This document shows, piece after piece, positions 57,593-64,000 of a stretch of DNA of 64,000 nt (positions are counted from its first letter, which is position 1; every line of letters starts with the position of its first letter). The position numbers were made by a program, and so were the translations under genes. Origin of the DNA: Clostridiales bacterium. Its GTDB lineage: Bacteria; Bacillota; Clostridia; Peptostreptococcales; T1SED10-28. A model generated the notes under the pieces. That model worked only from the letters and a program-made list of their open reading frames with translations. It was not told where the DNA came from and did no database searches. Where the stretch lies: contig SKOH01000087.1 in the NCBI GenBank assembly GCA_007120165.1, positions 1,167 through 65,166 of the forward strand, read 5' to 3'.

Positions 57593-60463
57593 TTATTGTC
57601 CTCCTCCGGATGAACGTTTTTTCCTTTTCTCGGGAAACAGCATCGGTTTTAAATATTTTCCGGTATAGGATGCTTTGACTTTCGCAATTTCCTCCGGGGT
57701 GCCGGCGGCTAAAATTCCTCCGCCTTCCTGGCCCCCTTCCGGTCCTAAATCAATGATATGGTCCGCAATTTTAATAACGTCCAGATTGTGTTCAATCACC
57801 AGTACCGAGTTTCCGCCTTCCACCAGTCGCTGCAGCACACCGGTTAATTTATGGACATCGGCGGTATGAAGGCCGGTGGTGGGTTCGTCTAAAATATACA
57901 GGGTTTTCCCGGTACTCCGTTTGCTCAGTTCCGTGGCAAGCTTAATCCGCTGGGCTTCTCCGCCGGAGAGCTGGGTGGAGGGTTGACCCAGTTTGATATA
58001 GCTGAGGCCCACATCGGTTAAGGTTTGAATCTTCCGTTTGATTTTCGGAATGTTTTCAAAAAATTCCAGGGCGTTTTCCACGGTCATATCGAGGACATCG
58101 GCAATGGTTTTCCCTTTGTATAAAATATCCAGGGTTTCCCGGTTATACCGCTTTCCTTTACAAACTTCACAGGGGACGTAGACGTCGGGAAGAAAATGCA
58201 TTTCAATTTTGATGATTCCATCCCCGTTACAAGCTTCGCATCGTCCGCCTTTTACATTGAAACTGAACCGTCCTTTTTTATAGCCCCGGGTTTTGGCCAT
58301 TTGGGTTTTGGCAAAGGCCTCCCGAATTTCATCAAAGACCCCGGTATAGGTGGCGGGATTGGAACGGGGAGTTCTTCCGATGGGGGACTGATCAATTTCA
58401 ATTACTTTATCAATATGTTCCATACCCTTTACATCATCATGGTCTCCCGGGATCACTTTTGCCCGGTTTAACGTGTAGGCCAGCTTTTTATATAATATTT
58501 CATTAATCAGCGTACTTTTCCCGGAACCGGACACCCCGGTCACGCAGGTGAATAACCCTAAGGGAACGCTTACATCAATATTTTTTAAGTTGTTTTCCCG
58601 GGCTCCCAGGATTTCAATATATTTTCCATTGGGCTTGCGCCGCTCCTGGGGAATCGGGATGAATTTCTTTCCACTGAGATACTGGCCGGTAACGGACTCC
58701 GGTACCTCTTCAATCTCCTTGGCGGTCCCCTGGGCAACAATATAGCCCCCAAGATTTCCGGCGCCCGGTCCTACATCAATCACGTGATCGGCCTTTCGTA
58801 TGGTGTCTTCGTCGTGTTCCACCACCAGGACCGTGTTTCCGATATCCGATAAGTCTTTTAACGTCTTCAGCAGCTGGTCATTATCCCGCTGATGAAGGCC
58901 GATACTGGGTTCGTCCAGGACATAGAGCACCCCTACCAGTTTCGAGCCGATCTGGGTGGCTAGACGGATTCGCTGAGACTCTCCTCCCGATAAGGTGCCC
59001 GCATTTCGGGATAAGCTTAAATAGCCGAGTCCTACGTCAAACAGAAAGCTTAGCCGGGCCCGAATCTCTTTGATCACCTGATGGGCAATAAAGGTTTTCC
59101 GATCGTCCAGTTCCACTTCTTCAAAAAATTTCAATGCGTCCTTTACCGAGTAGTCGGTGATCTGCTGAATGTTTTTATTATCAAAGGTGACGGCCAGGGC
59201 CACATCCTTCAGTCGTCCGCCGTCACAGGTTTTACAGGTTTTTTCGCTCATAAAACCTTCGATTTTTTCCCGCATATAGTCGGAGTGGGTTTCCAAATAC
59301 CGCCGCTCCAGATTATAAACCACCCCTTCGAATACGATGGAATGGGTTCTTCTGCCCCCATATTTCGAGTCGTACTGAAAGTTCACTAAAGTGCCGCCGG
59401 TGCCGTACAGAAGATCCTCAATAAAGGCTTCGGGAAGGTCTTTAATCGGCGTGTTAAGATCAACCCCGTATTTATCCGTTAAGGAGCGGGCCATTTTAAA
59501 GTAATAGGTTTCCTCGATATTGCCGGTGGCTTTACCCCAGGGGGCAACCCCGCCCTCTTTAATGCTCAGTTCCCGATTGGGAATAACCAGCTTCGGATCC
59601 ACCACTTTTTTGTGACCGATCCCTCCACAGGTTTCGCAGGCCCCATAGGGACTGTTAAAGGAAAACATTCGGGGAGACAGTTCCTCCAGTCCGATTTCAT
59701 GTTCCGGGCAGGAAAACTTTGTGGAAAGCAGCATTTCCTCCCCGCCGATCACATCCACTTTAACCAGGCCGTCGGAGAGTTTGATTACGGTCTCCAGGGA
59801 ATCGCTGAGCCGACGCTCCACCCCTTCCTTTACCACGATCCGGTCCACCACCACATCAATATCATGTTTTTTATTCTTCTCCAGTTCGATGTCTTCGCTG
59901 ATTTCCCGCATCTCTCCGTTTACCCGAAGACGGACAAACCCTTCCTTTTTTAAATCCTCCAGGTTTTTTTTATGCATCCCTTTTTTTCCCCGAATAATCG
60001 GAGCAAGGAGCTGTATTTTGGTGCCCTCTTTAAGCTCCAGGATTTTATCGGTAATCTCTTCGATGGTCTGCTGGCGTATTTCAATGCCGCATACGGGACA
60101 GTGAGGGGTCCCTACCCGGGCAAACAACAGTCGTAAGTAATCATAAATCTCCGTTACCGTACCCACGGTGGAACGGGGATTTTTATTGGTGGTTTTCTGA
60201 TCAATGGAAATGGCCGGGGATAATCCTTCGATGGACTCCACATCGGGTTTTTCCATTTGACCCAGAAACTGTCTGGCATAGGCGGATAAACTCTCGATAT
60301 AGCGACGCTGCCCTTCGGCATAAATCGTATCAAAGGCCAGGGAGGATTTCCCGGACCCGGAAATTCCGGTGATCACCACAAATTTGTCCCTGGGGATTTC
60401 CACGTTTATGTTTTGCAGGTTGTGTTCTTTACCGCCCTTTACTATTATTTTATCTCTTGTCAT
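57593..60463 (-). CDS. uvrA: Excinuclease ABC subunit A
   Basis: Two ABC cassettes ([34 protein letters not shown]) and Zn fingers. Confidence 0.97.
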   Translation of the reverse strand: MTRDKIIVKGGKEHNLQNINVEIPRDKFVVITGISGSGKSSLAFDTIYAEGQRRYIESLSAYARQFLGQMEKPDVESIEGLSPAISIDQKTTNKNPRSTVGTVTEIYDYLRLLFARVGTPHCPVCGIEIRQQTIEEITDKILELKEGTKIQLLAPIIRGKKGMHKKNLEDLKKEGFVRLRVNGEMREISEDIELEKNKKHDIDVVVDRIVVKEGVERRLSDSLETVIKLSDGLVKVDVIGGEEMLLSTKFSCPEHEIGLEELSPRMFSFNSPYGACETCGGIGHKKVVDPKLVIPNRELSIKEGGVAPWGKATGNIEETYYFKMARSLTDKYGVDLNTPIKDLPEAFIEDLLYGTGGTLVNFQYDSKYGGRRTHSIVFEGVVYNLERRYLETHSDYMREKIEGFMSEKTCKTCDGGRLKDVALAVTFDNKNIQQITDYSVKDALKFFEEVELDDRKTFIAHQVIKEIRARLSFLFDVGLGYLSLSRNAGTLSGGESQRIRLATQIGSKLVGVLYVLDEPSIGLHQRDNDQLLKTLKDLSDIGNTVLVVEHDEDTIRKADHVIDVGPGAGNLGGYIVAQGTAKEIEEVPESVTGQYLSGKKFIPIPQERRKPNGKYIEILGARENNLKNIDVSVPLGLFTCVTGVSGSGKSTLINEILYKKLAYTLNRAKVIPGDHDDVKGMEHIDKVIEIDQSPIGRTPRSNPATYTGVFDEIREAFAKTQMAKTRGYKKGRFSFNVKGGRCEACNGDGIIKIEMHFLPDVYVPCEVCKGKRYNRETLDILYKGKTIADVLDMTVENALEFFENIPKIKRKIQTLTDVGLSYIKLGQPSTQLSGGEAQRIKLATELSKRSTGKTLYILDEPTTGLHTADVHKLTGVLQRLVEGGNSVLVIEHNLDVIKIADHIIDLGPEGGQEGGGILAAGTPEEIAKVKASYTGKYLKPMLFPEKRKKRSSGGGQ

Positions 60464-60465
60464 CT

Positions 60466-62457
60466 TTACACCTCTTTTAATTGTTCGATTTCATCACGAA
60501 GTTCCGCTGCCTTTTCAAATTCCAGAGCCTTAGCCGAGGCTTTCATTTCCTTTTCCAATACTTTGATGCGTTTTTCCCGCTGGCTTTTGGTCATCTGATC
60601 GATTCTCGGCTGTTTTTTCGCAAGTTCCAGCGTATATTCCACTTCATCCTCTGCCACTTTGGTGGCTTCAATGATTTCACTGATATTTTTCTTAATGGTA
60701 ATCGGTTTAATATTGTGCTTTTCATTGTATTCAATCTGCACGCCCCGCCGTCTTTCCGTCTCGTCAATCGCCCGTTTCATGGACCCGGTAATCTTATCGG
60801 CATACATTACCACCCGGCCTTCGGTGTTCCTTGCGGCACGGCCGATGGTCTGCACCATGGAAGTCTCGGAGCGAAGAAAACCTTCTTTATCCGCATCCAG
60901 TATGGCAACCAGGGATACTTCCGGTAAATCCAGTCCTTCCCGCAACAGGTTGATTCCGATTAATACATCAAATTTACCCAGGCGAAGATCCCGAATGATT
61001 TCCATCCGTTCCATGGTATCAATGTCGGAGTGCAGATACCGGACTTTGATGCCCAGTTCTTCCAAATAATTGGTCAGATCCTCCGACATCTTTTTTGTCA
61101 GCGTGGTGACCAATACCCGGAATTTTTTCTCCACTTCTTTGTAAATCTCCCCTACCAAATCATCAATTTGCCCTTTTACCGGCCGTACATCGACCTTCGG
61201 GTCAATAATTCCCGTGGGCCGAATCAACTGCTCGGTAATCATTTGGCTGCGTTCACTTTCATAGGGTCCCGGCGTTGCGGAGACGTATACAATCTGATTA
61301 ATCAAAGACTCAAACTCCTCAAAATTCAGGGGCCGGTTATCATAAGCCGAGGGCAGACGGAATCCGTACTCCACCAGGTTTTCCTTCCGGGAACGGTCCC
61401 CGCCGTACATCCCCCGGACTTGGGGAATACTTACATGGGATTCATCCGCAATCATTAAATAGTCATCGGGAAAATAATCCAGCAGGGTATAGGGACGACT
61501 CCCCGGCGCTCTACCCGATAAATGCCGGGAGTAGTTCTCTATTCCCTGACAGAAGCCGGTTTCTCTAAGCATTTCAATATCATACATGGTTCGTTGACGG
61601 ATCCGCTGGGCTTCCAGCAGTTTTTCCTCCTGTTTGAAATAGGCCTCCCGTTCCACCAGTTCTTTTTCAATGGCGGTTATGGCGCTTTCCAGCTTATCCG
61701 ATCCGGTAGCGTAGTGGGATGCGGGAAAGATGGAAATATGCACCCGTTCTCCTACAATTTCACCGGTTAAGGCATTTACTTCGGTAATCCGTTCAATTTC
61801 ATCTCCGAAAAATTCTATCCGAACGGCCTGTTCCGATGAATTTGCCGGAAAAATTTCCAAAATGTCTCCCCTTACCCGAAAGGTACCCCGGACAAAGTTT
61901 ATATCATTCCGTTCATACTGGATGTCTACCAGTTTTCTCAGGATTTCATCCCGGTCCCGTTCCATGCCCGGTCGGAGGGATAGTCCCAACTCCTTATACT
62001 CTTCGGGATTACCCAATCCATAAATACAGGATACACTGGCCACAATAATTACATCCCGGCGCTCAAACAGCGCAGAGGTGGCGGAGTGGCGGAGTTTGTC
62101 GATCTCATCGTTGATGGAGGCGTCTTTTTCAATAAACATATCATTATGGGCCACATAGGCCTCCGGCTGATAATAATCATAATAACTTACAAAATACTCC
62201 ACGGCATTATCGGGAAAAAAATCCCGAAACTCACTGGCCAGTTGGGCCGCCAGGGTTTTATTATGGGCCAGGACCAAGGTCGGCCGTTGGACCTGCTGAA
62301 TCACATTGGCCATGGTAAAGGTTTTTCCTGAACCGGTAACCCCTAATAAGGTTTGATCCCGGTGGCCTCTTTTCAGACTGTTTACCAGGTCCTCAATGGC
62401 CTTGGGCTGATCCCCTGTGGGTTGAAAATCCGACTTGATTTGAAAGCGTTCCTTCAT
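60466..62457 (-). CDS. uvrB: Excinuclease ABC subunit B
   Basis: [31 protein letters not shown]. Confidence 0.97.
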   Translation of the reverse strand: MKERFQIKSDFQPTGDQPKAIEDLVNSLKRGHRDQTLLGVTGSGKTFTMANVIQQVQRPTLVLAHNKTLAAQLASEFRDFFPDNAVEYFVSYYDYYQPEAYVAHNDMFIEKDASINDEIDKLRHSATSALFERRDVIIVASVSCIYGLGNPEEYKELGLSLRPGMERDRDEILRKLVDIQYERNDINFVRGTFRVRGDILEIFPANSSEQAVRIEFFGDEIERITEVNALTGEIVGERVHISIFPASHYATGSDKLESAITAIEKELVEREAYFKQEEKLLEAQRIRQRTMYDIEMLRETGFCQGIENYSRHLSGRAPGSRPYTLLDYFPDDYLMIADESHVSIPQVRGMYGGDRSRKENLVEYGFRLPSAYDNRPLNFEEFESLINQIVYVSATPGPYESERSQMITEQLIRPTGIIDPKVDVRPVKGQIDDLVGEIYKEVEKKFRVLVTTLTKKMSEDLTNYLEELGIKVRYLHSDIDTMERMEIIRDLRLGKFDVLIGINLLREGLDLPEVSLVAILDADKEGFLRSETSMVQTIGRAARNTEGRVVMYADKITGSMKRAIDETERRRGVQIEYNEKHNIKPITIKKNISEIIEATKVAEDEVEYTLELAKKQPRIDQMTKSQREKRIKVLEKEMKASAKALEFEKAAELRDEIEQLKEV

Positions 62458-62611
62458 TGAACCTCATCCTTTTTTATAATCTCTTTTTCGATAATCTCTT
62501 TTTCGATATTCCTTGGTAATTTCATTTCGGTAATTTCTTTGGTAATTTCTTTTCTCTAATTTATTTCCCGATGCCTCTTTAAACGGCTTTGATGCCGAAG
62601 CCGCCGGGTTC

Positions 62612-62658
62612 AGAACTTCAGTTCGTATAATTGTATGGTTTTTCCCCGGATTTGTCAA
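62612..62658 (-). promoter_or_regulatory. sigmaA promoter with LexA (SOS/Cheo) box for uvrBAC
   Basis: TTGACA-17-TACAAT (62658-62630); CGAAC-TGAA-GTTCT at 62625-62612, around the predicted +1. Confidence 0.85.
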
Positions 62659-62686
62659 CTATATACCCTGAAAACTTATCCTTTTA

Positions 62687-62983
62687 TCATATCATTACCC
62701 GATAATGCCAGATCCAAGCCATATGTATAAACAAAATCACGGCATAGATCACAAGGCCGAATTTCGCAATCGGCTCTTTATATTTTTTTGTCCGACGGAT
62801 AAGAAACAGCACCGCTAAAATCATCAGTATTCTAATAGATGCAGCCGCTAAAAGCGGGAGCTCGAAAAGCCAAACCATCAAAGGATTTCCTTCTTCGATG
62901 ACATTGAGTTCCACCACACCGAAATAAGTCAGCAGAAAATCCAAAAACATCATATATCCCAGTACCCTTAATTTCTTTTTCAT
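62687..62983 (-). CDS. Small membrane protein, DUF5658-like
   Basis: LDFLLTYFG...EGNPLM motif; three hydrophobic segments. Confidence 0.6.
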   Translation of the reverse strand: MKKKLRVLGYMMFLDFLLTYFGVVELNVIEEGNPLMVWLFELPLLAAASIRILMILAVLFLIRRTKKYKEPIAKFGLVIYAVILFIHMAWIWHYRVMI

Positions 62984-63143
62984 GGCTTTGTTCCTCCAGA
63001 GATTTCTTAATTAATAATCATTATTGACGAATAAACAAAAATAATGTGGCAGTTGACATAATCTCACTACCACATTATTATTATAGCACAATGCATCTTT
63101 TTATTCAATTAACTTCCATCGGGTTTTTTTAAGCCAGGGAGTA

Positions 63144-64000
63144 CTAATCCTCCAGATTAAGGGCTTCTCTTAATACCTCAATTCCCCGCTGCAGCTGCAG
63201 GTCTTCTCCCTCTTCTATCAGTTCCACACTGACCGGTCCGTCCATTTCTACGATGATATCCGGCTCAATGCCTTCGTCCTGGATGTAGTTCCCGTCAGGG
63301 GTAAAATACTGGGAGACGGTATATCGAAAACCGGAACCGTCTTCCGCGTAATTACGGATTCCTTGAACCAATGCTTTTCCGAAAGTAGTCTCTCCGATGA
63401 TGGTTCCCCGCTCCCCGTCTTGGACCGCACCGGCTAAAATTTCTGAAGCACTGGCACTTCCTTTATTGACAAGCACGGTTAAGGGGACATCCACATGACT
63501 GCTGGAAGAGGTTTCTTCCCGTCGAGTGCCATCCCGATCCTCAGTGAAAACGATAACCTGTTCATCCAATATCAGATCAGCAATTTCAATGGTCTGACTG
63601 AGGAGTCCGCCGGGATTGTTTCGAAGGTCCAGCACCAATCCCTGCATATCATTATCCACTAAATCATCCAGGGCTTCTCTGAAGTCCCGGGCGGTTTGCT
63701 GATTAAAGTTAGTGATGCGGATGTAGCCGATAGCATCCTCCAGCATTTCGTGATGAACGGTTTCAATTTTAATGGTATCCCGTACGATGTTGAGTTCGAT
63801 CAGCTCCCGTTCCCCTTCTCTTCGAATGGTAACATTCACTTCTGTTCCCGGTTCACCCCGCATCAGTTCCACGGCTTTGTTAAGATTCGGACCCTGTACT
63901 TCCTGTCCGTCAACTTCTATGATACGGTCTCCCGTTTGAATTCCTGCCCGGAATCCCGGGGTGCTTTCGATAGGGGATACTACCGTTACATATCCGTCTT
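63144..64000 (-). CDS. ctpA: S41 carboxyl-terminal processing protease, 3' part; starts beyond the window
   Basis: PDZ domain (VVSPIESTPGFRAGIQTGDRII), LDLRNNPGG, catalytic SASASE and TFGKALVQ. Confidence 0.92.
   Translation of the reverse strand, partial: DGYVTVVSPIESTPGFRAGIQTGDRIIEVDGQEVQGPNLNKAVELMRGEPGTEVNVTIRREGERELIELNIVRDTIKIETVHHEMLEDAIGYIRITNFNQQTARDFREALDDLVDNDMQGLVLDLRNNPGGLLSQTIEIADLILDEQVIVFTEDRDGTRREETSSSSHVDVPLTVLVNKGSASASEILAGAVQDGERGTIIGETTFGKALVQGIRNYAEDGSGFRYTVSQYFTPDGNYIQDEGIEPDIIVEMDGPVSVELIEEGEDLQLQRGIEVLREALNLED

Noticed and set aside
62464-62658. 64-aa ORF upstream of uvrB with a repetitive RNY/KRDY sequence
   Set aside because: Its start codon coincides with the -35 of the uvrB promoter, there is no RBS, and the sequence is explained by the DNA repeats.
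975-63430. The many 60-260 aa ORFs in the track that are antisense to or nested in long genes (e.g. 4935..5600, 15997..16647, 32110..32901, 40397..41185, 42032..42784, 53402..54037)
   Set aside because: They are shadow frames of well-conserved genes, with no recognisable motifs or RBS.
1-64000. Mobile elements, prophage, tRNA/rRNA, toxin-antitoxin or defence genes
   Set aside because: No integrase, transposase, terminal inverted repeats or structural RNA signatures were recognised. Small ncRNAs cannot be excluded without a covariance-model search.

Overview
Chromosomal window from an anaerobic Firmicute. A Clostridia assignment is inferred from the gene content and order. Almost all genes lie on the minus strand. 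A housekeeping backbone runs ctpA - uvrB/uvrA/uvrC - murB - rapZ - yvcK - whiA - dnaE - pfkA - pyk - rlmD and is interrupted by two metabolic blocks. Block 1 (10.7-26.4 kb) is a histidine-utilisation cluster: fhs, hutU, ftcD, hutI, pruA, a large BTAD/STAND-ATPase/TPR regulator, hutH and two transporters. Block 2 (31.4-55.3 kb) is a redox/cofactor block. It holds a heteromultimeric [FeFe]-hydrogenase operon (hydC-D-B-A), the maturases (TM1266-like, hydG, hydE, hydF), and a second paralogous hydC-D-B module ending in a selenocysteine formate dehydrogenase. The ORF track splits that FDH at an in-frame UGA, which is followed by a clear SECIS. The block also carries tatA/tatC, a split YeeE plus TusA plus LysR, and fdhD, moaA and a MOSC-like gene. 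The most novel-looking signals are: (a) HydE fused to an N-terminal DUF3343-like putative Se/S-carrier domain; (b) a terminator/antiterminator-type leader in front of the maturase operon that I cannot assign to a known riboswitch class; (c) twin, apparently Rex-controlled bifurcating-type modules serving H2 and formate; (d) a STAND-class regulator inside the hut cluster; (e) an isoprenoid-synthase-fold gene paired with a radical SAM gene. I saw no rRNA, tRNA, CRISPR array, integrase or transposase. Family assignments come from motif recognition by eye, not from database searches.
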